64,000 nucleotides of DNA from Rhizobiaceae bacterium (lineage in GTDB: Bacteria; Pseudomonadota; Alphaproteobacteria; Rhizobiales; Rhizobiaceae): NCBI GenBank assembly GCA_965216105.1, contig OZ244147.1:1032764-1096763 (forward strand), read 5' to 3'. The position numbers and the translations under genes were made by a program. The stretch's first letter is position 1, and each line of letters opens with the position of its first letter. Shown here piece after piece: positions 37,910 to 46,759 of this stretch. The notes beneath the pieces are model-generated. The model had not been told where the DNA came from and did no database searches. It saw only the letters and a program-made list of their open reading frames with translations.

Positions 37910-38367
37910 TAGCCGTAAATCTCCGAGAATTTCGATTTGTAGAGCTCTACCATCTGTTCCTCGGTTGCCCCATCATCATAGGGCGGAGTCGTCATCAAAC
38001 GAACACGCTCCACAGAAATCTTGACGATTGCTCTTATCCTGTCTGCGAGCGCCGGAAATGCTTCTTCCCATTTCGGGTAAAGTTCCCCGAACTCGGGTGT
38101 GCCGCGTTCAACGGTATGCGCAGTGCCGAAAACCCTGACGCCCTTGCGCAGCCAGATATCAATGAAATTCACTTCCGTTTTTGGCTGATGGGCAAGGTTG
38201 GCCATCGTGCCCGGCGAACGGATATCGGCAAATGCGATCGTCTCGTCATCAAGTACAAAGAAAGTTCCCTTGGGCGAAAGGGAAGGCATTCCGTCTTCTG
38301 TAACCGTGGCGACGAAACCAAGGGGAAAGCGTTCGATCAGGTCTCTGGTAAATTGATTGATGCTCAT
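37909..38367 (-). CDS. Pyridoxamine 5'-phosphate oxidase-like FMN-binding split-barrel protein
   Basis: 152 aa. GFVATVTEDGMPSLSPKGTFFVLDDETIAFADIRSPGTMANL is typical of the PNPOx-like fold. Its stop overlaps the aminotransferase start by 1 nt. Confidence 0.75.
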   Translation of the reverse strand: MSINQFTRDLIERFPLGFVATVTEDGMPSLSPKGTFFVLDDETIAFADIRSPGTMANLAHQPKTEVNFIDIWLRKGVRVFGTAHTVERGTPEFGELYPKWEEAFPALADRIRAIVKISVERVRLMTTPPYDDGATEEQMVELYKSKFSEIYG

Positions 38368-38813
38368 CTCACTTCCTTCAAAGACTTTACCCAGTGGGAA
38401 ACGATCAGATTGTGAAAGGGAAGGACCAGCATGAGGTAAGGGCGGCCCCAGAAATTTTTGTACCAGACACGGGTTTCCATCTGGACGTCGTCAATATTGC
38501 GGGTGACCCTTATCGTGAAATCCAGATGCTTGTCATGAAGCCCGGCTTCATATGCACTTTCATCATCCTGAATGACAGGCATGGCGAGCAGGAAGCTGAC
38601 ATCGGCTCCCACGCGCCCTGCCGGTCTTGTCTTGAGACCAGCAAGTCTTGCAATCTTCTGACGCAATGAAAACAGAAAGTGAAACCAGGCCGGTGTACTG
38701 GCTATGGCCAACTCAGCCAGTTGCCTCGGCGTTTTGTCCCGGTAGGCATTTTTGCCGGTAAAACTATCTGCGAAATCGGGTGGATGATCGGATTTGATGA
38801 AGGTTGCGGTCAT
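38364..38813 (-). CDS. DUF2867-like protein
   Basis: 149 aa. WFHFLFSLRQKIARLAGL and ...GRPYLMLVLPFHNLIVSHWV resemble DUF2867 as I recall it. It has 4-nt overlaps with both neighbours. Confidence 0.5.
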   Translation of the reverse strand: MTATFIKSDHPPDFADSFTGKNAYRDKTPRQLAELAIASTPAWFHFLFSLRQKIARLAGLKTRPAGRVGADVSFLLAMPVIQDDESAYEAGLHDKHLDFTIRVTRNIDDVQMETRVWYKNFWGRPYLMLVLPFHNLIVSHWVKSLKEVR

Positions 38814-41263
38814 GCTCGAATTCTTTCGTTTTCGGGGTCCCAGAGTGGCCTGTCCGGTTGGACAACGGCTTTATACCGTTCTCCATAGATTTCAACTTCC
38901 AGTTCTGTCCCGGCTTCCAGCAGGTCTGCGCGGACCATGCCCAGAGCAATCGACTTGCCAATCCGGTACCCCCAGCCGCCGGAAGTCGTTTCACCAACAA
39001 TCTCCCCGTCGTGCCAGAGCGTTGACATGTAGGGTGCATCGCAGTCACCGGCTTCCACCACGAGTGTGGCAAAGCCTTTCTTGCGCCCTTGTTGCTTTTC
39101 GTTGAGCAACGCCTGCTTGCCGGGGAAATCCTGTGGCTTGTCAAACCTGACAAAGCGTTCGAGGCCGCCTTCCAGAAGGGAGTAATCACTTGAAAGGTCT
39201 CCTTTCCATGCTCGATAGCCCTTTTCCAGGCGCAGCGAGTTAAGCGCAAACATGCCGAACGGCCTTGCACCTTCTTCAAGAAGTGCGCTGTAGATTTTCG
39301 GCATGTCCGTGTTGGCGCCATGGATTTCCCATCCCAGTTCGCCTGCAAAGGAAACACGGGCCAGCATTACCCGGTTATCGGCAACCGTTGCGACCTGATG
39401 GGTGAGCCACCCGGCTGCAAGGTCGGCATCATCCGACAGTGCGGCAAGAACCTCGCGGGATTTCGGGCCGGTCACGATGAAAGTTGAAAAACCGTCCGTA
39501 TGATCTTTCAGGGTAATGGTACCGTTCTTTGGCAGGCGTTTTTCCAGCCACTCGAAATCGTGCCATTGGGCAGCGGCTGCCGTGATCAGGGTGAAATGGT
39601 CGTCGCCATGCCGGATCAGGGACATTTCGGTAATGATACGTCCCCTGCTGTCTGGGAAATAAGCGAGATTCATCCTGCCGGTTTTGGGAAGCGCACCGGC
39701 AATTTGCCCCCGCAACCATTCTGCTGCGCCTTCACCTTTCAGGGCAAAACGGGAAAATCCTGGAAGATCAAGAACCCCGCAGCCGTCCCGCACTGCTTCG
39801 GCTTCCTCCCGGACCCGCTTTTCCCAGGGGCCGTTTCGTTCCCAGACCTGGGTCGCTTCTTCAGACGTGTCGTCGCCTTCCTTAGCAAACCAGTTGGCGC
39901 GCTCCCAACCGTTATAGGCGCCCATCTGTCCGCCATTGCCAATCACCATGTCATGAACAGGGGAGAGTTTCTTGTTGCGTCCGGCAGGCCACGCGTGGTG
40001 AGGGAAATGCATGGCATATTCGTGGCCATAGGTCTCCATGGCTTTCTGGCAGGTGTAGTCATGATCTGCATATGCCGTATAGCGTCGTGGATCGCATGCC
40101 CACATGTCCCATTCCGTCTCGCCATGAACCACCCATTCTGCAAGGACCTTGCCTGCACCACCGCCCTGGGCAATGCCAAAGGTAAAGGAATGCGCCTCGA
40201 AGGCGTTTTTCACACCGGGCATCGGGCCAAGCAAGGGCAGGCCATCCGGCGCATACGGAATCGGTCCGTTGATGACCCTGCCGACACCCTGTGTTCCGAG
40301 GATCGGGACTCGGGCCATCGCATCCTCAATGTACCATTCCAGCCGTTCCAGGTCGTCGGGATAAAGCTGGAATGAAAAGTCGTCCGGCATCGGATCTTCG
40401 GGAGTGATCCAGTGCGCCTTGCAGTTGCGCTCATAAGGGCCAAGATTGAGGCCGTGCTTGTCCTGACGAAGATAGTAGGACGAGTCGACGTCGCGCAGGA
40501 GAGGGACCTTGTGGCCCTGTTCCTTCGTCCAGGCTTCAAGCTCGGGGATTTCCTCAGTCAGGAAATACTGGTGGCTCATTGTGACTTGCGGCACGGTGCG
40601 TCCGCCATGCGGCTTGAACCACTCGCCCACGCGCTGGGCATAATAACCCGCGGCATTGACCACATATTCACAGCGTATGTCGCCCTTGTCCGTGTGAACG
40701 ATCCATTCGTCATCCTCACGGGAAACCCCGGTCGCCGGACACATGCGAATGATCTTCTGGCCCATCTGCCGGGCGCCCTTGGCCAGCGCCTGTGTCAATT
40801 GGGCAGGGTCAATGTCGCCGTCGAGCGGATCCCACAATGCGCCTTCAAGGTCATGGGTTTCGGTGAAAGGATGTTTTCTGCGAATGTCTTCAAGAGACAT
40901 GATTTCCATGTCTATACCCTGATACCGCCCCATGCCCGCCACTCGCTCAAATTCCTGCATGCGCTGTTTTGAGTGGCCAAGCCTGATCGAGCCGGTGACG
41001 GCATAGTTCATCGGGTAATCGACTTCATCTGCAAGCCCGCGATAAAGTTGCAGCCCGTAGCGCTGCATGTTCATAACCGCCCAGGACGATGAAAAATTGG
41101 GGCAATTCCCGGCGGCATGCCAGGTGGAGCCGGCAGTGAGTTCATTTTTCTCCAGCAGCACGCAGTCGGTCCAGCCGAGCTTTGCCAGATGGTAGAGACC
41201 TGAAACGCCAACGACGCCTCCGCCAATGATGACAACGCGGGCAGTGGATGGAAGGTCGGCCAT
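38810..41263 (-). CDS. FAD-dependent amine dehydrogenase with a C-terminal GcvT domain, DMGDH/sarcosine-dehydrogenase family (paralogue A)
   Basis: 817 aa. IIGGGVVGVSGLYHL, STWHAAG, GcvT-like C-terminal half. Confidence 0.9.
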   Translation of the reverse strand: MADLPSTARVVIIGGGVVGVSGLYHLAKLGWTDCVLLEKNELTAGSTWHAAGNCPNFSSSWAVMNMQRYGLQLYRGLADEVDYPMNYAVTGSIRLGHSKQRMQEFERVAGMGRYQGIDMEIMSLEDIRRKHPFTETHDLEGALWDPLDGDIDPAQLTQALAKGARQMGQKIIRMCPATGVSREDDEWIVHTDKGDIRCEYVVNAAGYYAQRVGEWFKPHGGRTVPQVTMSHQYFLTEEIPELEAWTKEQGHKVPLLRDVDSSYYLRQDKHGLNLGPYERNCKAHWITPEDPMPDDFSFQLYPDDLERLEWYIEDAMARVPILGTQGVGRVINGPIPYAPDGLPLLGPMPGVKNAFEAHSFTFGIAQGGGAGKVLAEWVVHGETEWDMWACDPRRYTAYADHDYTCQKAMETYGHEYAMHFPHHAWPAGRNKKLSPVHDMVIGNGGQMGAYNGWERANWFAKEGDDTSEEATQVWERNGPWEKRVREEAEAVRDGCGVLDLPGFSRFALKGEGAAEWLRGQIAGALPKTGRMNLAYFPDSRGRIITEMSLIRHGDDHFTLITAAAAQWHDFEWLEKRLPKNGTITLKDHTDGFSTFIVTGPKSREVLAALSDDADLAAGWLTHQVATVADNRVMLARVSFAGELGWEIHGANTDMPKIYSALLEEGARPFGMFALNSLRLEKGYRAWKGDLSSDYSLLEGGLERFVRFDKPQDFPGKQALLNEKQQGRKKGFATLVVEAGDCDAPYMSTLWHDGEIVGETTSGGWGYRIGKSIALGMVRADLLEAGTELEVEIYGERYKAVVQPDRPLWDPENERIRA

Positions 41264-41286
41264 GGTGTCGTTCTCCAGGAATGTGT

Positions 41287-41877
41287 TTAGTAGACGGGAG
41301 GGGAGATAACCCAGATCAGGATTGCGGATTGTCGAGTGCGGTTTCGCCAGCGATAGGGCTCCCCGGCAAAGCGGAAACTGTCTCCTGCACCAAGCTTGTG
41401 CCAGGTGCCGTCAATCTCCAGTTCAAGCTCGCCCGAAACCACATAACCGGCTTCCTCGGTATCGCGCCTGATTGGTTCCTTCATTTCTGCTCCGGGCAGA
41501 AACTCGCTGCGAATCGTTTCGAATGAGCCGCCAAGATCAGGTGAAAGCAGTTCCTCAACCAGTCCCTCCTCTGCATTGCCAAGGCGGCGGCGTTCCTTGG
41601 CCCGCACGACATGACGCATTTCTGCCGGGTCGGTATTGGGCGTGCCGAAGAAAAAACTGACGGGTACACCAAACAGGGCAGAAATCTTGCGCAAGTCCTG
41701 AATGGAGGGTTCGGAAATGCCCCGTTCGATCTGGCTCACGAACCCGATGGAGCGATCCAGCCGGCTGGCAAACTCTGCCAGCGTCATGGCCCGGCTTTTG
41801 CGCAATGCGCGAATATCCGCGCCCACTGACGGGGAATTGGTGTTGGCCGGGGCAAATCTTTCCGCTGTCGAACCCAT
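41287..41877 (-). CDS. XRE-family HTH regulator with a C-terminal cupin domain
   Basis: Start at ATG 41877 after GGAGAGG. HTH IRALRKSRAMTLAEFASRLDRSIGFVSQIERGISEPSIQDLRKISALFGV. Cupin beta-barrel tail. Lies 23 nt upstream of paralogue A. Confidence 0.85.
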   Translation of the reverse strand: MGSTAERFAPANTNSPSVGADIRALRKSRAMTLAEFASRLDRSIGFVSQIERGISEPSIQDLRKISALFGVPVSFFFGTPNTDPAEMRHVVRAKERRRLGNAEEGLVEELLSPDLGGSFETIRSEFLPGAEMKEPIRRDTEEAGYVVSGELELEIDGTWHKLGAGDSFRFAGEPYRWRNRTRQSAILIWVISPPVY

Positions 41878-42215
41878 GAATATTCCTCTCCTGTTTTCAT
41901 GGAATATCACCATTATGAAAAAATCAAGAAAAATTTCACCAAAGAAATACCACGGGGCGGCAAAACCATTCAAACTCAGGTCAAACAAATTCAGGGAAAA
42001 TCCGAATGGTCGTGACCGGGGGGCGGCAGAGGCTGGCGTGCATCCGCTTTTTCCCGGACAGGTTCAGGCGGTGTATCCTCACACCTCTGCAGACACCAAG
42101 TTGTTGTGCTCACCTGAACCTGACACTTAGAATTTTATTCTAGGGTGCTGCCGAAATCAGGAATTGGGAAGCTTACAAAAGTCTCATTTTTTGCTAAATT
42201 TGTGTTTGAAACCTT

Positions 42216-42797
42216 ATGGAAACGGACATGATCGCGTCTTCAATAGAAAAAACTTCTCATGTTGCCGATGAAGGACCTGCCGCAAGGCAGGGAGGCGAGG
42301 GGCAATTTGAGGATGCCGGCGGCAACAGTAAGGAAAGCCCGGTACGCTCTTTTGCCAAGGCGCTGACATGGCGGGTTTTTGGTACGCTGGACACCTTTTT
42401 CCTGTCCTTTGTTATCATCAAGTATCTCGGTCCGGCTTTCGGATGGCAGGGAGAAGACAGCAATCTCGACATTGCCGGAACTGCCAGCCTGATTGCGATC
42501 ACCGAAATAATTACAAAGGTTGTGATTTATACGCTGCATGAACGCGGCTGGACACGGGTCCGCTGGGGCGTCGGCACAAGGGCCGGGAAACGATACGAAA
42601 CCCGGGCGCGTTCGGCAGCCAAAATGAGCACCTGGCGGGTGCTTGCATCGCTCGACACCATGCTTCTTGCCCTGTTCTTTACCGGCAACCTGAAAGTTGC
42701 AGCCTCGATTGGGGGCATCGAAATACTGACAAAGCTCGTTCTCTATTTTCTTCATGAACGGCTGTGGTTGAAAATCAACATTGGACTAGGAAACTGA
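42216..42797 (+). CDS. Membrane protein with two tandem DUF2061 repeats
   Basis: The internal duplication is visible: SFAKALTWRVFGTLDTFFLSF...ITKVVIYTLHERGWTRVRWG versus SAAKMSTWRVLASLDTMLLAL...LTKLVLYFLHERLWLKINIG. Confidence 0.7.
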   Translation: METDMIASSIEKTSHVADEGPAARQGGEGQFEDAGGNSKESPVRSFAKALTWRVFGTLDTFFLSFVIIKYLGPAFGWQGEDSNLDIAGTASLIAITEIITKVVIYTLHERGWTRVRWGVGTRAGKRYETRARSAAKMSTWRVLASLDTMLLALFFTGNLKVAASIGGIEILTKLVLYFLHERLWLKINIGLGN

Positions 42798-42798
42798 C

Positions 42799-43434
42799 AT
42801 GACCTTTCAGGCATCTGCACATGCTGTCCGCCTTCCCGATCCGGCAGCGCTCAACATTTCCTCGCGGATCAATTCAGCACTTGATGTTGTCGATCTTGGC
42901 CTGCAACGGGCAAGACGACCCATCCTGACCACAAAGTTCGGGCCGCAATCCGCTGCATTGCTTCATCTCGTCAGCCGGGTGAGGCCGGACATGCCGGTGA
43001 TATGGGTCGATACCGGTTTCAACAGCCAGGCGACGCTTGACCATGTGAACAGTCTGACGGAAAAACTGGGTCTCAACCTGAAAAGATACCAGCCCCGCAA
43101 GCCTTGGGAAGGCGAGATCCCGCTTGCCGGTTTCCCCGAGCATGAAGCATTTTCCGAGCAGGTCAAACTGGAACCTTTCAGGCGGGCCTTGAAGGAACTG
43201 GAGCCTGATGTCTGGTTCACCGCCCTTCGCCGCGAGCAGACGGAGTTTCGTGACGGATTGTCACCATTCCAGAGCGTGCAGGATGGTATTTTGAAGGTTT
43301 GTCCGTTTCTTGACTGGCGCGAACATGATGTGGCTGCCTATTTGGCCTTGCACGGACTTGAAGGCAATGATGACTATCAGGATCCGACCAAGGCGGAGCC
43401 CCATCTGGAGTGCGGAATTCACGACCGTTTGTGA
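42799..43434 (+). CDS. cysH: Phosphoadenosine-phosphosulfate reductase family protein (CysH-type, no Fe-S cysteine pairs)
   Basis: 211 aa. KFGPQSAALLHL, WVDTGF, KLEPFRRAL and the C-terminal ECGIH motif, equivalent to the redox-active ECGLH of E. coli CysH. Confidence 0.8.
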   Translation: MTFQASAHAVRLPDPAALNISSRINSALDVVDLGLQRARRPILTTKFGPQSAALLHLVSRVRPDMPVIWVDTGFNSQATLDHVNSLTEKLGLNLKRYQPRKPWEGEIPLAGFPEHEAFSEQVKLEPFRRALKELEPDVWFTALRREQTEFRDGLSPFQSVQDGILKVCPFLDWREHDVAAYLALHGLEGNDDYQDPTKAEPHLECGIHDRL

Positions 43435-43535
43435 TCCGGACTTATTGTAGGTGAACTTCAAGGCGTCCAATGCCATTGCGATGAACCTGCTGCCCGGGTA
43501 ATGCTGCCCCGGGCAAAGGCTTGTTAAGGTTGCAT

Positions 43536-45011
43536 ATGGCACGCGCACTCATGTTTCAGGGAACCGGCTCGGATGTCGGAAAGACGGTGCTTGTCGCCGG
43601 ATTGTGCCGCGCGGCCAAAAACCGCGGACTGGCTGTGGTTCCCTTCAAGCCCCAGAACATGTCGAACAATGCTGCCGTTGCACGGGCTGACGAGGGCGAG
43701 GGCGAGATTGGTCGCGGGCAGTGGTTGCAGGCACTTGCATGCGGTGTCGAGCCATGTGTCCACATGAACCCGGTATTGCTGAAACCGCAAAGCCAGACAG
43801 GCAGCCAGGTTGTGGTTCAGGGCAAGGTTGCGGGTAATGCCAAGGCACGTGAATACCTGTCGATGAAGCCGCAACTCATGTCACGGGTCATGGAAAGCTA
43901 CGGCAAACTCTCCCGTGAAGCGAACCTTGTTCTTGTTGAAGGGGCGGGATCTCCGGCAGAAATCAACCTGCGACAGGGCGACATTGCCAATATGGGCTTT
44001 GCTTCAAGGGCCGGGGTGCCAGTCATGCTGATTGGCGACATTGACCGGGGGGGAGTAATTGCCTCGATAGTGGGAACCCACACAATACTGCCGGATGAAG
44101 ACCGCGCCATGATCGCAGGCTACATTGTGAACAAGTTCCGTGGTGACATTTCCCTGTTTGATGAGGGGCTAGCGCAGATTACGGAGTTTACCGGCTGGCA
44201 ATCCTACGGTGTGTTGCCATGGATTGATGCGGTGAAACGGTTGCCGGCCGAAGACAGCGTGGCGCTGGACAGGCTGATTGCCGACAGGAAAGATGGTTTT
44301 CGTGTTGTGGTTCCCGCAATGGGAAAAATTGCAAACTTTGACGATATTGACCCGTTCCTTGCAGAACCAGACGTTGCAGTAACCTTTCTGCGAAAGGGCG
44401 ACGAGTTCCCGGCTGATGCCGGAATGGTTATCCTGCCCGGTTCGAAGTCGACAATCGCCGACATGAGGGAACTTCGCGACAATGGCTGGGAATTGCCGAT
44501 CCGCCAATTTGCAGAAGCAGGCGGCACAGTGGTCGGAATTTGTGGTGGCTACCAGATGCTCGGCAAGGTGATTGCCGATCCGATGGGCCTGGAAAGTGAA
44601 GCCACGCAGATCGAGGGTCTTGGCCTGCTTGACGTGGAGACACGGCTCAAGCCGGAAAAAACGGTTCGCAATGTGCAGCCGCGTTCGGCCGAGTTTGATC
44701 TTCCGCTTGACGGGTATGAAATACACATGGGCGATACTTCCGGCCCGGATTGTCTGCGGCCTGTGGTCCTGCTTGGGGAGCGGGCGGATGGTGCGGTTTC
44801 ACCGGAGGGCAATGTCATGGGTTGCTACCTGCACGGGCTGTTCAATTCGGACAGCTATCGTCATGCAGTTCTGCGGAAGCAGGGGGTGAAGGTTGCGCAA
44901 GGCGCTTCCCATCTTGCGAGTGTGGATACAGCGCTTGATGATCTTGCCGATGCAATCGAGCAATATCTCGATGTTGACGGTTTGCTGGCAAGTGCCAGGG
45001 AAACCGGCTGA
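43536..45011 (+). CDS. cobQ: Cobyric acid synthase
   Basis: Start at ATG 43536 (MARALMFQGTGSDVGKTVLVAGLCRA). C-terminal GATase region ICGGYQMLG. Confidence 0.95.
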   Translation: MARALMFQGTGSDVGKTVLVAGLCRAAKNRGLAVVPFKPQNMSNNAAVARADEGEGEIGRGQWLQALACGVEPCVHMNPVLLKPQSQTGSQVVVQGKVAGNAKAREYLSMKPQLMSRVMESYGKLSREANLVLVEGAGSPAEINLRQGDIANMGFASRAGVPVMLIGDIDRGGVIASIVGTHTILPDEDRAMIAGYIVNKFRGDISLFDEGLAQITEFTGWQSYGVLPWIDAVKRLPAEDSVALDRLIADRKDGFRVVVPAMGKIANFDDIDPFLAEPDVAVTFLRKGDEFPADAGMVILPGSKSTIADMRELRDNGWELPIRQFAEAGGTVVGICGGYQMLGKVIADPMGLESEATQIEGLGLLDVETRLKPEKTVRNVQPRSAEFDLPLDGYEIHMGDTSGPDCLRPVVLLGERADGAVSPEGNVMGCYLHGLFNSDSYRHAVLRKQGVKVAQGASHLASVDTALDDLADAIEQYLDVDGLLASARETG

Positions 45012-45086
45012 AAACCTGTGAAAAAAAGTCATGACTTTTCCTCTACATGAAACCCCGTTAAACAGTCGGGTAACAGAGGAGTTTCC

Positions 45087-45599
45087 ATGTCTTCAGAAAC
45101 CACATTCATACTGGGCGGGGCCCGTTCCGGAAAAAGCAGGTTTGCCGAGCAATCTGTAGTAAAATCAGGGCTGAAACCGGTTTATATTGCGACCGGCCGT
45201 GCATTTGACGACAGCATGGTGGACCGAATCCACCATCACCGGGATCGCAGGGGCGATGAGTGGACTACCGTGGAAGAGCCGCTTGCGCTCGTTGATGCCC
45301 TGCGCCAGTCTTCCTTTCCCGGCAGCATGATTCTGGTTGACTGCCTGACCCTGTGGATTACCAACCTGATGATGGCGGAGGCCGATGTCATAAAAGAGTG
45401 TGCCGGGCTGATTGAATTCCTGGGTGGAACGCAGGTGCCGGTTGTGCTGGTTTCCAACGAAACCGGGCAGGGTGTCATTCCCGACAATGCAATGGCGCGC
45501 GAGTTCACCGATCTGGCGGGTTCTGTACATCAGGAAGTGGCAGCAGCGTGCGATCATGTCTATCTCGTGACTGCCGGTATTCCGCAAAAGCTTAAATAG
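45087..45599 (+). CDS. cobU: Adenosylcobinamide kinase / adenosylcobinamide-phosphate guanylyltransferase
   Basis: 170 aa. P-loop GGARSGKS. VDCLTLWITNLMM motif. Confidence 0.92.
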   Translation: MSSETTFILGGARSGKSRFAEQSVVKSGLKPVYIATGRAFDDSMVDRIHHHRDRRGDEWTTVEEPLALVDALRQSSFPGSMILVDCLTLWITNLMMAEADVIKECAGLIEFLGGTQVPVVLVSNETGQGVIPDNAMAREFTDLAGSVHQEVAAACDHVYLVTAGIPQKLK

Positions 45600-45614
45600 G
45601 AAACAAGAAACAAA

Positions 45615-46694
45615 ATGGATGCACAGAAAATTCCCGCAACGGTCATTACAGGCTTTCTGGGAGCGGGCAAGACAACCCTGATCCGCAACATGCTGGCCAC
45701 GGCCAATGGACGACGGATTGCGCTTATCATCAACGAGTTCGGTGATCTGGGGGTTGATGGTGACGTGTTGAAAGGCTGTGGCGATGAAACCTGTAGCGAG
45801 GATGACATTGTTGAACTGAACAACGGATGTATCTGTTGCACGGTGGCTGATGATTTCGTGCCGACCATGGAAAAACTTCTGGCCAGGGAAAACCGGCCCG
45901 ACCACATCGTTATCGAGACTTCGGGTCTTGCCCTGCCGCAACCGCTGGTGAACGCTTTCAACTGGCCGGAAATCCGCGAGCAGGTGACAGTCGACGGGGT
46001 TGTGACAATTGTCGATTCCCGTGCGGTTGCCGATGGCAGGTTTGCAGCCGACGCGGACCGCGTAAAAGCCCAGCGTGAAGCTGATGAGGCACTTGATCAT
46101 GAAAGCCCGCTTGAGGAATTGTTTGAAGACCAGCTCACCTGTGCCGACATGATTGTTTTCAACAAGGCGGACCTCGTGGAAGGCGATGTGCTGACCAGGG
46201 TTCAGGAAGAGGTGGGCAACCGGATTTCGCGATCCGTGAAACTGGTGAAGTCTGCCCATGGTTCCCTTCCTGCCGAAGTCCTGCTCGGACTTGGAAGCGC
46301 TACCGAAGGCGATATCCAGAACCGCAAGTCCCACCACGAACTTCATCATGAGGCTTTTCATGCAGAACATGGCGAGGATGCCGAACATGACCATGATCAC
46401 GACGAGTTTGAAAGCTTTGTGGTAAGCGGCGCCCCGGTTGCCAACCGAAAGGAACTGGTCAAGGGGCTGGCACGTGTCATCGAGGAACACGACATTCTTC
46501 GCCTCAAGGGGTTCATTGCTGTTGAAGGCAAACCGATGCGCCTGGTGGTACAGGCTGTCGGAAACCGCATCGACCATTATTTTGACCGGGAATGGGAAGA
46601 CGGCGAAGCACCATCTTCCAGACTTGTTGTGATCGGCCTTGAAGGGCTGCACCGGGACAAAATCACTTCGCAGGTATCAAAGCTTCTGGGATGA
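45615..46694 (+). CDS. cobW: Cobalamin biosynthesis GTPase/metallochaperone CobW
   Basis: P-loop GFLGAGKTTL, GCICCT metal motif, His-rich stretch HHELHHEAFHAEHGEDAEHDHDHDE. Confidence 0.92.
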   Translation: MDAQKIPATVITGFLGAGKTTLIRNMLATANGRRIALIINEFGDLGVDGDVLKGCGDETCSEDDIVELNNGCICCTVADDFVPTMEKLLARENRPDHIVIETSGLALPQPLVNAFNWPEIREQVTVDGVVTIVDSRAVADGRFAADADRVKAQREADEALDHESPLEELFEDQLTCADMIVFNKADLVEGDVLTRVQEEVGNRISRSVKLVKSAHGSLPAEVLLGLGSATEGDIQNRKSHHELHHEAFHAEHGEDAEHDHDHDEFESFVVSGAPVANRKELVKGLARVIEEHDILRLKGFIAVEGKPMRLVVQAVGNRIDHYFDREWEDGEAPSSRLVVIGLEGLHRDKITSQVSKLLG

Positions 46695-46759
46695 AGGTTT
46701 TCCTGTTCTTTCAACTCTGGCAGTGGCATGAATGCCCGGCCGGGTAACAAGGACGAACA

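Noticed and set aside
41878-42215. Glycine riboswitch (for the GcvT-domain operon) or SAM-II riboswitch (for the cysH-like gene)
   Set aside because: No GGAGAG…ACCGAAGGGGCAA-type glycine elements on the minus strand, and no AAAGCU pseudoknot signature on the plus strand. The structures are noted, but no family could be assigned.
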